Positions 25,739 to 42,254 of a DNA stretch of 64,000 bases are shown here, piece after piece. Under the pieces are notes generated by a model that had not been told where the DNA came from, searched no databases, and saw nothing but the letters and a program-made list of their open reading frames with translations. The stretch is from NCBI RefSeq assembly GCF_009914755.1, contig NC_060936.1. One strand, 5' to 3'. Made by a program: the position numbers and the translations under genes. The stretch comes from the human T2T-CHM13v2.0 reference genome, Homo sapiens. Position 1 is the stretch's first letter. Each line of letters opens with the position of its first letter.

Positions 25739-27618
25739 TAAAATACTCTTGCTGCCATGGTGCTCTGTGCTTTTAGTCATAATATTTGTTGCTTCTTACT
25801 GTTATTGCTTATTTGTAACTTATCTCTGTGAGGGCTGAGACCAGTGTTCCGTGCTCACAATCATGTTCTTGTAGATAATACCAAGTAAGCACTAAAAATA
25901 ATTGCTTGAATTGCCTATATGAATTCTTGTCTTCTACTTCCATTGTTGATTAAATAATAATAAGCTCTAAATATTGCTTTAAGGAATAGGCATAATTCAC
26001 TCAAGACATGTAGAAAAATTCCTGGCATATATTATTCACTTAATGTATGCTAGCTATTACAATTGTTATTATTCTTTTCTCTCTTTAATTACAGCAGTCA
26101 GTATGGGCTTAATTATAATTACCTGATAACTAAAAATTTCTTTCTTACTTTGAAGCTAAATGGAATACTTAAAAATGTAGATGCATTAATCAATTAAACA
26201 AATGCATCAGGTTAATAGTATTTCTTATTCCAATGAAACAAAGAATCATATTGTTATATACTATATATATAACTCATCATATTATTATAAATTATGCACC
26301 AATATATTTGCAAAATAATGCATTGAATTATTATTAAATTCTTCTGCAAATGGTGTGTGATTTGTTTTCTCAAAGCTTAACTTAATGGGAAAGGCTTGAG
26401 AGAAATTGTCATTGTAAAGAAAATAAATCCTGGATACTTATGACCTAAAAGGAAATCTGGCATGTATCTCTTAATATTCTTAGAAATTACTCAAAGGTTC
26501 AGCTTTTATTAATTCATAACTCTTCAAAGTTATGAATCAATAGATCCTAAACTCCAATCTCCCATCCAATATTTGAATCTCTGTGGCACCATCTTAGCCC
26601 AGTGAATGAACAGCCACTGCATGGAAAGGGAGAAGATTAAAGCTCTATTAGTTCCCATAGCAACATATGATTTATTAAAGTTTTATCTATGATTTTTTTA
26701 AGAATGCATTCTCTGCAAATCAGAAACAAATTATAACATAGTCATAGAAGAAAAAATGAAGATGGATGGTGGATAAGGAAACAATTGAGATATTTATATT
26801 AGTTTCCTTCTTTGTCAGGCATTAAATAATTATACAGGTAGGAGTTATAACCAGAAAAGATGCAAAATATCAGTCTTATTCTATCGCCATTATATCATTC
26901 AATATTACTCTTATTCCCAATTTACAAGCTTTCTTCATTGTCTCCTAGCTATTCTTTGTTGATATTCTTTCTCTCCATCTGATTCCTCCTTCCTCCCTTT
27001 TTACTTTCATGCTTCTCTTCCTACTAGCTCTCTTTGTTTGTCCAGGTATTCTTTCATTTCTATAATACAATAATATGGTTTTACCTTAATAACCCAGAAA
27101 CTGAACTATAATAATAAAAATAAATACTCTGACACAGGAGGGGTAGGCTGGACAGCCACAGTGAGAATATGTGGTTAAAGGCTCAAAACATGTAGGCTGG
27201 TTATGTGGATGGATAGATAAATTTAATTTTACAGATATTTCTCAAGTTCCAAACAGTAAAGTACTATGCTGTATACTGTGATAGATGATAGGTGAGGTCT
27301 CATTTTCTGTACTTCAATGGCTAAAATCTCCCAGAAATTTTATATACAGAACTAACTAAACATAGCACAAAGGAGATGGTAAGAAACAATGCAAAGAGAG
27401 GAAGAAGTGAGAAAAAAGAGGCACAGCAGAAGAGAGAAGGGGAATCTTATGCAGGGAGGAGGAAATAGAAATAAAGTAGTTAACAAATGGAAAATTAACA
27501 TGGACTACAAGAAAGGCATGTTTCAGAACTTCAAGCACATTAACATTGGTTTTTTCAAATCATGTGGATCTAACACACAGCCACTGGTGAAAATGCTGCG
27601 TGCTATGACTTTATTCAG

Positions 27619-27934
27619 TTTTTTTGTTTTGTTTTGGGTTTTTTTTTGGAGACTGAGTCTCACTCTGTCACCCAGGCTGGTGTGCAGTGACACAATCTCG
27701 GCTCACTGCAAGCTCCACCTCCTGGGTTCAAGGGATTCTCCTGCCTCAGCCTCCTAAGTAGCTGGGATTACAGGCACATGTCACCACGCCCAGCTAATTT
27801 TTTTTTTTTTTTTTGTATTTTTAATAGAGGGGGGTTTCACCATCTTGGCCAGGCAGGTCTCCTGACCTCAAGTGATCTGCCCACCTTGGCCTCCCAAAGT
27901 GCTGGGATTACAGGTATGAGCCACCGTGCCCAGC
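27619..27934 (-). mobile_element. AluS element
   Basis: Full antisense dimer with an expanded middle T-run. TSD tgactttatt(c/t)agt at 27606 and 27935. Confidence 0.93.
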
Positions 27935-30199
27935 TGACTTTATTTAGTCTTTATTATAAATTGAATAAAACCTTTGTAAATAGAGATATTTTGTTTCTTG
28001 TAACCTGTGTGGATTATTGTAAATTAGCATGATATACTTGTTTCAGACCACCAATAACAGCCATCTTATGAACAGAGGCTTTCAAATAATAGGCAAATGT
28101 GTGAAAAGAGACTTAAACATTTCTGTAAAGAATTCTATGAAAATTTTCAACATTGTCATTAGAACTTGTACCATTAAAATTTTCTAATAATAAAAATCAT
28201 TTTTAAAAATTATTTTAATGATGCTAAATTTCTATTTTTCACTTTTTGAAATACATATGGTAGCAAGCAATAAGAAAATATTTAATGATGACATGCCAAT
28301 TAACAAGTTCAATATGTCAAGTAAAAGTAATAATGTTTCCTTAACACCAAATAGCACAGCATGATTTATATAAATGCCCATCCTTCCAAAGAATGGAATC
28401 CTTTCACTTGGTGCAATAAGTTGAATACTGTCTTTTTACAGCTGTTCACAAAGACAAAGATATTTTTGAGCTTCATTTATAAAACATAAATATCATATTG
28501 TTGTTCCAGCCTTCTTGTAATTCAAAATAGCATCAGTGCTGGCTGAACATATTACTCATGCATTGGAAAGTTAGAAATGGTGACAATTTGAAGTTAACAT
28601 TGTGAAATGAAGATGAACGTGCAAAATGTTCTAGCTATATTCTGTTTTATGTGAATAACCTGAACATATTTCTTCTTTATATATTGGTTTAAGAAGATGT
28701 TATAAATACCTAACTTGGGGACAGAAGAATTTTAGTAAAGGAGAAGAGACATTTAAAATTACTTCTACGTCTTACTCTAAGAACAATCTGCCAATTAGTA
28801 GAGTTGTATGTTTCCAGGTACACAGCCATGTGTCCTAAGATTCAGACAGAAGGTTGTGAGTTTACAGGAAGAAAGAAATCGATTCTTTCTGGGGTATCCT
28901 AAAGGCTTCTCACAGAAAGTGGCACTTGAATAGTGTCAGATATTTGAAGCAGGGACAGGATATTTCAACAAGAAGGAATGCATAAATAGGACATAGACAG
29001 GGAAGCAGCCGGGGCATATGGAGACTGGGGAGTTTGGCTATTTAATGGGGTTCATGGAGGTTGTGACAGAGAAGTAGTGTCAGATAAGATGGATGGTAAA
29101 TAGGGGACTAATTGTGGAAGGTTTTGAGTGCTAAGCTAAGTAATTCAGTTTTTATTTGGTAATGAATAAGAAACCCCATGGTTTTTTTTCCCCCAAGTTT
29201 TAAAATGCTGAATACACACATGATCAGAGCTGGCTATTTATTGGATACTTAGAATGCACCCAGCTATGTTAGGTGGTTTATAAATATTATCCAATATGAT
29301 CATCACAAAAGTATGGTTGAAAGAAGTATTAACCCCATTTTTCAGATGAGAGAACTGAGTCTCAGGCTATATAATTTGCCTGTGTACAACAATCTAACAA
29401 GCTGATTTTTTTAATCAAAATCTTTTTGTTCATTACTCTACATAATCCTGTTGTTTTCATAATTCTATTGTTTTAACAAAATCCTGTTCCACTATAATCC
29501 TGTTATGCTTCATAATCTAGTATTTTGAAGAAGATAAAAATAGAAAAGATTGAGAATATGTCAGAGACTATTTTAATAGCGCAAGAAGTAATCATTCTGA
29601 TTCAGTTATGTTTGTCACTAGTTCAAGTAACGGCAAATCTGAGTTACCATGGTTTCTGAAAAAATGCACATTGAAAAATTGTATGATGGTTATTTTAGAT
29701 TTTTAGCATGATGTTGAGGTTTCCTATGCAAGGGAAATTTTAAATTTGTTTTTTGCCTGTTGGATTTCTTATGTTATTCAGAAAGTTTTGCAATGCCTAT
29801 AATGGGAACTTTCCTAGTAATATGCATTAAATGTAATTTCCACCTTTTTAGACCATCAAAATTAAGCACATAGTGTGTGTAACATCTAAACTATGGCAAG
29901 CACCTTAATTACATTTTTCCTCTTAATCTCACAACAACCTTGTGATGTTGGTGTCCTTCTCCCATTTTATAGATGAAGAACCTAAGGCTGAGAGAAATTC
30001 TGTCTGTATACGATGCAACCAACGTTCATATTCAGCCCTATTTGTCTTTAAATCACTACTGTTTCCACTACAGCCAACTGCCCTGTAACTCCTCATGTAA
30101 TAAAAACGACTGATCTTAAAGTGATAATTCATATTTCATGATTGAAAAAGAATAAGGAATCATCCGTGGCACAAACCTGAAATGCAGGGAGTGTAGAAT

Positions 30200-30425
30200 C
30201 TATGTTAATACATAGGCTTTGGGATCAAAGGAATGTGAGATTAACGCTCATATCCACCATCTTAAAGCTGTGTGGCCTTGGATGTATTACTTAATCTTTC
30301 AGAGGCTCGACTGCTAATCTGAAAAGTGCAAATAGTAATATCTACTTCAGGGAGTTGTTAAGAGGATTAAGTGAAATAATGCCTAAAAAGTACTTAACAC
30401 AAAGTAGGCTCTCAATAAAAGTAAG
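30200..30425 (+). mobile_element. MIR
   Basis: MIR core gctgtgtggccttggatgtattacttaatct...gaggattaagtgaaataatg...ctcaataaa. Similar MIRs lie at ~33520-33750 and ~46150-46330 (+), and at ~29270-29400 and ~29890-30070 (-). Confidence 0.75.
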
Positions 30426-30469
30426 CTCTAGGTGCATAGCACACTATGCTATTTCCTTGATTCTCATAG

Positions 30470-30682
30470 CTTCATCTCTGAGTCAATCACTTCCAAATAT
30501 TAGGTCCAAACCTCTCTTCTGAATTCTGGATCCGTGTATCCCATCACCTACTTGGCATCTGCACTTGGATGCCCACAGTCATCTCATACTTTATATATAT
30601 CAAACTGAACTAATGATATATGTCACCCTCCTTCCTTCCCTGCTAGTATGTGCTCTCCTGCTTTTATGGTAGTGAGGTAGGG

Positions 30683-30721
<39 letters not shown>

Positions 30722-32060
30722 TGTGTACAAAATCAACACTGTAACCAGCCCACAACTAATCCATTCTTAAGTCACTCAGTGCTAAGGGATATGCCTTCTA
30801 AATTCCCCCCAATACCACCCTAGTCCTAGTGGCCATCATTTCTCTCCTAACTAATGCAGTCATATCCACTGCTGCCTATACTCACCAACCAGTTAGCCAT
30901 ACTCTAACCAGAGGGACCTTCCTGCCCCTTGAGTTTTAAGATTGGTTTAAAGTCTTATTCCACTTTGATGGAAATCCAAATCCCCCTTGGAGTTTTTGTT
31001 AATTTGGTGTAAACATTCATTCTTATAAATTCTTCTTCCCTCAGGAGCCAACTTCCACAAATACTGCTTCTGTGCCCTAACACCTCCAGGTGAAACCCAG
31101 CCCTTTCTACAAGTTCCATGGATGATCCACTCATACAAAGCATTTGTGAACATTGGGACTCAGGGTGACGGAGAACTATTTGCTATTCAGAATGTGAACT
31201 CCCCAATGGTGCATTAGATATTTCCAGTCTTGAATGTCCTCTGCCCTCCTCACCATCTGGATGTTTCCATTGGCAGATTGCCCCTTCTTCATCCCAGCAT
31301 CATATCATCTTGGGGGCTCTCATCTTATACCCTTTTTTTATTCCAGATTTCTTTATTCTTTATTCTTTATTCAAATCCATTGTAATTTGAATCCCAGTTT
31401 GGATGTCTGGTTTTTGTTTGCTTGCCTAGGTTCCTCAATTCACCCCATCAGTATTTCCTTCTATCCCAAGTGGTTAGTTACCAAGTATTTTTCCAATAAA
31501 ACTTTCCACCCCCAATAGGAATTCTGGAGCCAGCAAGTAACATCATAAAGTTTTTGCTTCTATTACAGAAGGTAAATCAGATCATCCCACACCCCTGCTG
31601 AATAACCCATAAGTGTCTTCCCATCGCCTTTAGCATAAAGCCTCTAACTTTTTTAGAAGGGTCTACAAAGTTTCCCATGATGCCACCTCTACTGGCCATT
31701 CAAATGTTATTTTGGTTTCTCATCCACATTGTGCTTTCTCCAGCACCCAGGCCTTCACATTCACCGTCCTTAGGTCCTGTTCTTTCTCTCCAACTAATCA
31801 TCAGGTCAACTCTTACCAGCCCATAGGTCTCTGCCTAACTAGCACTTACTCTAGGCTGCAGCCACCTGCTAGGAGCTCCTTGATCATCAAATATTTCTTA
31901 ACAATGCTTTTTCCACTTGCAATTATCTAGTTATTTAAAATAATGTATTTCCTCTCTCTCCACAGACTCAAAACACCACTAGAACAGAAACCAGATTTCT
32001 TAACTGTCATATTCTCAGCAAGAAGCATACAGCAGGCACTCAATTGTTAAAAACTATCTG
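30470..32060 (+). mobile_element. L2 relic interrupted by a (TG)n and an unidentified ~650 bp insert
   Basis: L2 motifs ctacttggcatctgcacttggatg, aaatcagatcat.ccac.cccctgct and gcaggcactcaat. Other L2 pieces lie at ~25150-25920 and ~35520-36660 (+) and ~63680-63900 (-). Confidence 0.7.
30688..30727. repeat. (TG)n microsatellite
   Basis: About 20 TG units with one interruption. Confidence 0.97.
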
Positions 32061-34392
32061 AAGTAAACATTGAGTCAAGCATCTGTGTAAAGGATTGCCC
32101 TAAATCTCCCTTAACTTCTGGGCTTTAATTTATTCTGCCTATATAGGGATCAGTCTTTCAGAAGACCCAGAAAACCTTAGTGAAGGTGGAGGGCTTATTA
32201 AACTATTTGCTTTAAAGTTCTGACAATTTTGTTGTTGCTGATATTAACAACCCAACAAGAAGGGGAGTTAAAGGGCAGTGCTTACAAAAGGTCACAATAT
32301 ACTGCCTAAATATGCTGTGAGCTTCGTAAGTAGGCTGCACTCTTGTTAGCTATCATCAGGATTTAATTAACTGGTGTCACAGCTGAATTGACATTTCATG
32401 CCTGTGGGGAAATTTGACTGAACTCATCCATTCCGAAATAAATGATTAGCACCACCATCTTTCACATTATCTTTCAATAAGTGGGACAGCTACATTTTCA
32501 CAACTTGCTGGGGAAAAACCATTTTCAAACTCTAAATACCAGTAAGCATGGAAAAGAAGGATGGAAAATAATAAAGTCAGGCAAAATGATATTTGTGGGT
32601 GCTTCATTTTATGAAAATAAAACTTGTTTCAGAGGCAGAATGAACCTGTTAGGAACCCCTGTTTTTCATAACAAATTATGCCAGAAGAATGTTGCATAGT
32701 TTTGGAATTTGCCTGATCACTGAACTGTTGAGAACAAATGTATTTTATGGGTTCCTGGGTTGTGGGCCGACCCCCTACCCAGTCAGACACCAGCCAAGCA
32801 CAGCTTCCAGGTCTTTAAACTTCTCAGCACAGTAGGCCCTAAAACTGTTCCCATGGTAACCTTCCATCAAACAGGCGAGCTGTAAAACAGGTGAGCTCAG
32901 GCTGTCATTTGCAGACAAAACAAGAAAAAGAAATACTGACTGCTCTTGTTCGTGATGCCACAAAGAGAAGTAATACTGATTACTGAATAAATAGACTGAA
33001 AGTCAGAATAGCTGTTGAACTAAATAGGAATCATGGCGTTAGTGTCCTGACCAAAAAAAAAAAAAAAAAAATACAGCTTCTAAAATGTGTATGTCTCAAA
33101 GAAAATCAATGAGAAAACAGATCACAAATTTTGTAGAAACATTAGTTACTGTTTTTGGAGGATCTCCTAAATATCGGATCCTTGGATGGAAAATTTGCAT
33201 GTATGGTTTCATTTGTCCCTACCCCCTAAAAAACTGTCATAATAAGCTTTTAGTATTTCCATGATTTACCTTAAATAACTGAGGTTCAAAGAATAAAAGT
33301 GAGAGACTGTCACTTAAGTGGGATTTGAACCCAGATCTCTGTGTCTCCAAAATTTCTGTTTTTTTCATGATGCTACACTTTTTGAGGATTTATCAGGCAT
33401 ATTCTAGAAGAAGTCAGTCACAGTTTGTGCTGAGGGAATTTGCCACCAATTAAGTACAGATATGAAAGGTAGCATTTGGGAAATCATCTTGGCTCCAGGA
33501 TCTTACAGTCTGGGGACTGTAGTACAATAGAGTCACAAAATCTGTAGTTATAAGAATTGCCTTGAGTACTAGCTCCTCCACAATATAATAGGGTAGCCTT
33601 GAGAAATCCATTTAATTCTTTGAACCTCAGTTTCTTCTTCTGTGAATTGAGACAGTAACTTAACGGAATGTTCTGAGGATCAAAGGAGAAAATATATTTG
33701 AAAGTGCTTTCTAAAATATAAAATTTGGTATATGACTATTATTATTACCCTACATATCACATAAAATCTTGGCACTTCTTTTTGGCAGAACAATTTCTTT
33801 TCACTTAAAACTGGCAGGTTGAATTCTTTCCTCAAGTGTGTTTTGTTTAATCTCCAAAATTAGGAGCTGTGCAGAGCTTCCAGCCTGAGTTCATTTTAGA
33901 AGTCAGGAAATAATTGCTGCATTATTATATATATTGAACTGTCATTTTACACATGCACACATGGCAACTTGATGAGAAAATATCATTTGTACTTATTTTA
34001 AATTAATGCTTAATTGGTGACAGACTTTAGCTATCACCTACACTCTGGTTGGGCCAAGAAAATAGAGTATGATCTAGAAACTGAAGGACAAAAGATGAGT
34101 AATGGTCAAGGAAATGGCAGTGCAAGGAATTCAAGGGCTATAACCTGGCAGCCTACAGGCTGGGGCAGACCTGCCAATGTATTTTCTTTGGCTAGCAGGG
34201 GTTTATTTTGTTGTAATTGTGCTTTTTAATGATGTTCTTAAACAGTGCATGTACCCTCCAGTCTGCTAACATTCCATCATTTGTATCCTCTTACACCTGG
34301 CTGCCTCTCACATGTATATTACCTGCCTGACAGTAATTGGGAGATGGGAGTCCCTTTACCAAACAACAGGCAAAAGAGATGAGTTTTCTTCA

Positions 34393-34650
<258 letters not shown>

Positions 34651-35956
34651 TTAACACAGGAAAGACTGAGCATGCAATAGGCTCAGGCACCAAATCCCAC
34701 AGGAGTAGAGAACTGGCATACTCTATCTGAAAGGATACATTTAGGATACATATTAAAAAGTCTAGTAATCCACAGCCCATTGTAAATATTCTAATTCAAC
34801 AAGCATTTAAGAACCTGCCATATGATCTTCAGGAAAGTTTCTGGCACAGAGTAAGTATGATGTAAGTAGATGCTCTTTGTTATGTCATCATCATCATCTT
34901 TATTATCATCATTGCTATTATTATTGGTCAGACACAATTCTAGGAAGGGCAAAGGCTCCTAACTCCTGTCTTCCTCTTTACTCCCAAATAGAGGGTATCC
35001 CCAGTGTTCTGCTCAGTTTCTGATGCATGCTTGTTGCCCAAAATATATCTGAGGAATGGCTGCATAAATAATGGAAGACTAGAGAGAGGCCATCTCTGGC
35101 CTTTGAGATCAACAGCCAAAATCTGCTCTGACAATTTCTGAGAGTTGTGAATAATTCTAGCCAGGTGTCAGAAGGAACCTGGCGAGTGTAGCCCCGGGAC
35201 TCTGATTTTCCTGAAGAAACTGAAAAGAAAGAATACCCAGGTGGAAAAGGTACCCTGGTAGCTGGACAGGATGTTTAGTGGATGCATTATGTAATGTCTG
35301 CAGAGAATCATGGCCATAAGTGCTATGTAAGCACCAAACATCATTAATATTACTATTTAAAAGAACTGAGCAGCCTATTCCTTCCTAGGTGGTAACCTGA
35401 GCACAGCAGAATTTTAATAAGTCTGATCATTTATTGGGTTGCCAGCTGGAGCACTGACCATGCTCTGGATGTACGTCACACAGTCTGATTTGGTGCAATC
35501 AACACTGGCTCTGACTCAGCATCTTACCTGCCTGAACTATTGCAACACCCTCCTTACTGCCTATTGGCCTTACATCATCCCAGTCAGCCTGTTATTCTGC
35601 ATACTCCTAATTATATAAGTCTTGCTAAACTGTAATGGAATCATATCACTTTTCTGCATTACAAGAGTTCATGATTTCCTTTGGCCTAAAAAATATCCAA
35701 ACTCCTTAGCAAGGCGTGTCTTGGTCTTGGGTCACCAGCACTCTATTCTGAGCATCCTCCGTTGATCTAAACACTCTAGAGGTCTCTGGATGCTCTTCCC
35801 GCTTAACAAGTGCCTTTTCTGAACCAGATTCCCCTGGCAAACTCACGAGCATCTTTCATACATCACTTGCTCCCTGAAGCCTTCCCTCACACCCATCTGC
35901 AGGAGCAGAATTGAGGGCTTTCTTGTCTACATGTCCGTGGCACTGAACAGTTCTCT

Positions 35957-36462
35957 TGTATTGGCCAGGATATTTGGATGCAAATCTTGGAAGTCTAGAT
36001 CAAACAAATTAAAGAATATGTTGGGCTTTATTCACTCGTGTCACCAAACTGCACAGTGGCTGAGCCTTTGGATGAGTGTGACCAGGACCTCAGACCAAAT
36101 CAGGGAGTCTACCACTAGCAACTATCTTCATGGGGCAGAAATTACAAACACTTCAGCTCTGCATTCATACATACTGAAAGCCAGAAAGGAACAAGAGCTC
36201 CTTCCCATGAATTCTAGTTATAAAACTTCAGAGGAACCACTCTGGATGGCCTGGCTTAGTCCACATGAGCATCACAGGAAGGGGACCAGGTGCCATGATT
36301 CCCCTAGACTGCTTCAAGGTGCCTGCTCAGACCCAGTGACAGGGTAACATGATCAGCAACCCTTGTCAGGCCCTCATTAGATTTAGAGTGGGAAAGAAGC
36401 AGTGTCCCATAAGAAGGTGCAAGCTCAGATAGAATTTCAGACAGGCAGAAGAGTAGGTGTCA
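35957..36462 (-). mobile_element. Old MaLR LTR (MLT1J/K-like) inside an L2
   Basis: Begins tgtattggccaggatatttggatgcaa, has tggatggcctggcttagtccacatg internally, and interrupts L2-like sequence. Confidence 0.55.
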
Positions 36463-36767
36463 TCTGGACTGTCATTCAAATTCGATAACTAATAACACTT
36501 CAGATCCTAACTGTGTCTGTGAGTTTGCCTCTCACTACAGAGTGAGCTCCTAGAGTTCCAGTACCCATCTTACTCATGTGCCTCTGCTCACACCTAGCAT
36601 GATGCCTGTTGCCCGGTTGCCACTTAGCTCATGCTTGTGTGTTATTGAATTAACAAATGGATAGCTCTCCAGGGCTCTGTGAACAAAACATCCGGTGAAC
36701 GTAATTACCGAATTCTGTAGTGTTTGGAAGTTAGTTAAACAAATGTTTATAAAACCGCTATAATTTA

Positions 36768-37172
<405 letters not shown>

Positions 37173-39626
37173 TTATGCTCACAAAAATTCCATGAGTTTT
37201 AGCAATTAGCCCTATTTTATAAATTAAGAAGATGAAGTTAAGAGATGCTTGGACTTCCCCTAGTTCTCACAGGTAAAAGGCTACAGAGGCGGAAGAGAAA
37301 CCCAGGACTTCTGATCTCAAGGCTATTGCTTTGCTCTTAAGCAAGTTATTTAACCTGTCTGGGTAAAATGGAGATAATAACTCTTGTTTCTAAGGATTGC
37401 TGTGAGGAGTAAAAGAAAAAACATATATAAACAAATGAGCACATAGCCTGGCCCAGATGAGGGCATTAATGGACAATAGTGCTAAATTTTCAGTGATGGT
37501 GGGAGCTTTCCTTCAATTCTGACTAGAACATATCTCTGACCCGTTTTTGTCCTTGCCCCGCAGCCCAGGAACTCGTCCTGTGTTATTCTCCTCTTTAGTG
37601 CCACCCACTCTGTCTCCAGTAGCTTCTCTCCCCGAAGACTGCTTCCAGAACAGGTCACAGGCTCCTGGGCTCCCCTTCTTGCTGAAGCCAAGTGCCCAGA
37701 CCCCTTTTGCTGCCTCGGTTAGCTGGCCCCACTGGTTATGGAAAGATAAGTACCAAGAGGCATAAGGATATATGGATCCTAGACCTTGTCCTGACATCAA
37801 TTAGCTGTGTGACATTTGTACCGCTGTTCTCTCAAGCGTAAAATGAGAATGCTGGACCAGAGAAATCACTACATTAAATTTGTTATGTAAAGGAAATTTC
37901 AGTAAAAATATTTTTCCTGCAGAGTCAAGCAATATTATTACTTCATCTCAAAAAAAGTTTTACATATTTTTTTACATTAACCAAATAAATCAGCATTGGA
38001 CTTGCCTACATTTATCAGATCAGTTTCTATTACTTTTAACTGTTCCTTCCTGCTCTACTTCTCAGCAGGGATTACATGCCTGCAGCGTACACTCAGAATT
38101 TTCTCCTGAACATAGATTCCAGGAAAAGCTAAGGTAAAGAAGACAGAGTAGAAAGCAAGAGCACAGATGACACTTCTTTTAGGCGCACTGCCTAGATCGC
38201 ACTTGGCCTGCTGTCTTCCTCTCATTAGTCGCACCAACTGAATCTGATTAGCCCACTCTGATTTATTTTTGGCAACCTGGAAGTGCATGGGCCAATGCTT
38301 ATTTTCATGGCTGATACAATCATCCCCAAAGCTGTCGTTAGCATTTGGAAGATTAGTCCCTTTCTCTGGATGATTTTATTGCCTATGAAGCATCACGACA
38401 CACATTAGACATGTATTTCTTAAACACTTTACAAAATTGAGTCTATTTACTCTTCTTCTTATTATCACAACCACCTTCTGTTATTGGCTGCTAAAACATA
38501 GAGAAAGAATTCTTCATAATTACATATTTGATGCTTATGAACTTATTGTTTTCTGAGTTAGTGAATCATCTGCTATAATCAACAAGAACTAAAAGCCAGA
38601 TTTCAATGCTACTGGTTACTCAGTGCCTGATTTGTCTACATTTTGCTTAACAGACTTTCCCATTATGCACCAAACAGTACTATCTAGGTGAAAAGTGAAT
38701 AATAAGGAAATATAAATAAATATTTTCTCCTAAAAATGCAACTTTCAGATATGAAGCACAATATGTATATGATTTCTATTTATATTTGTGGACAGTAAGA
38801 TTTATTAGTAAGGATCATTATTTTTAGGTCTTTGAGATACAAAAATTCTGAGATTCCAAATAAGTCCTAAAGTACATTTAGTATAAAAAATGTATCATGA
38901 AAAATGAAACACACTTTGGCAAATTTTCCAATAGGTTAAAAGTAAAAGGATTTTCCATCAGCTCTCGGTGAATTTGAAAGCATATTTATAACCAGGATTC
39001 CCCATTCACTAAGCATTTAATGAATAAACAGCCACTGACCACCAGCAAACTTGCAGCTCTGGAGGCAGGACTGTGTTTTGGATCCCCAGTACTTAGCAGG
39101 CTGTGTGGTTCTTAGTAGATTCTTAATTTGTATCGACTAGATGAGAATATCAATTAGTAACTTCTATCATGGGTATGATTACTCTTTCTTTTCCTCGTAC
39201 CCAAGTCTCCTCTATCCAATGAGGACATCTCAGCTGTTCCAGATCCCCTCTTGTAAAGTCTGTCTACAGAGGATTGTAAGGAAAGCAAAAAGATAGAAGA
39301 GAAGAAAAGATAAAATTTGCAGAGAGAGAAGTTTAAAGAGAGAAGGGCGCTATGATAGGGGAAAAATGAGAAGTTTAAGAAGTATTGCTGGAGACCTCGG
39401 GTGCTCTAGTTGATTGGGGTCTAATTTGTTGTTGCTGTGGTGGTGGTGGTGGTGCCAGAATTTAAGAAGTATTTCAATGCTGATGAATTTTCCTTAAGAG
39501 GAAGGGAAGATGATGAGGCAGGAGATGTTGAGGCCAACCGACATATTACTTGTGTTCCCTGCTTGATCCCGGCAATGCATTCACCGTGAGATGAAGGAGG
39601 GCTCTTTGTTTTGCTTAGGAAGGCTA

Positions 39627-40795
<1,169 letters not shown>

Positions 40796-41959
40796 TGCAT
40801 TGTATTCCCCACACTAAAGTAAGCTGATGATGGTAGAGGAAGAATTAGTGCCCCTAGTAAAGACAGGATCCAACCCCACTGGGTTAGCTGTAGCAGCAAG
40901 GGTATGGGGGCATTAAGGAGGAGCAGGAGTTAGCCTTCAGAGCGTGAGTCGGGACAAAGTGGCAAGAACAGGAGCACCCTTGGGCAAAGCAGCCCACCAG
41001 GACAGGGGCTGATGACTTCACTAGACAGTCAAGTGCTCCCGCTGCACTTTGGGTCTGTCCATCATAAGCACACATTGTGCTGATATCCTCCATGGCACCA
41101 TCAGAGGGATGAGAGGGCATCCCATCTACCTTTGAGGCCTGGAACCTCTGGGTGCATGGGTATCTCTTGCACAGCTGTGACCCACCACCACACTATACAC
41201 TCATCAACAAATGTTCCTCACCTGGCACATTGCCCAGGGCTTGCTCTTGGACTGCTGGCACTGCCCTGCTCCACCAAGCAGGGGACAACCATGACTCAGC
41301 TGCTCTGTGTTTCTGATGGCCAAGAAAATTGTTCCCTACTTTCTCAATTCATTTTTCACACCCACTATTGATTCGACACCCCCTTGGGACACTGACAAAG
41401 CAAAGTTGGAGGGTATGGGTACAAGAGCAGACTGCACATAGGGCCATGAACCATTAACAATGCAATACTTCTAGATTTGGTGCAGGAGGCTAGAATGTCT
41501 GTGATCACCAGCCAATAGGTTTTAACAGAAAGTATAGTAAGGGAAAAGAGATCAAGCATCTATGATAGCAACCTAGACCTTTCTAGTCATATTAAGGATA
41601 CTGACAATTGCTTCAATTACTAATAGAAGTCTATTAACTTCAAATCCTAGCTTATGAAATGCTGTGGTTGAAAAATGTCAACTCTCTTTAAAAATATTCT
41701 ACAGATGAATGAGCCTGGCTTAGTCAGGTCTTAATGTGCATTAGTGTTAATCCCAATTTATGTTATACAGGTAACAATCTAAGATCAATTTTTCTTTTTA
41801 AGGATTACAAACCTTTGCGCATGTGTGTTTAATTTGGGTATGGGGAAGGGAGAAGAAGCAGTTAGAGAGTTCTGTTTACCCTATTGGCAGAAAAGGGCCA
41901 ACAGGCACAGGTCACAACCACAGGCAAAAGGAGGTTAGAGTAGCCTATTATTAAATTAA

Positions 41960-42254
<295 letters not shown>

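Noticed and set aside
35931-36347. 138 aa ORF (also 50299..50709, 54914..55270, 57120..57509)
   Set aside because: No recognisable protein similarity or exon structure; they overlap decayed LTR, L1 or microsatellite sequence.
40880-41400. GC-richer segment after the L1PA2 as a possible exon or promoter
   Set aside because: CpG-poor and without a convincing splice-site pair or ORF; probably an old repeat I cannot name.
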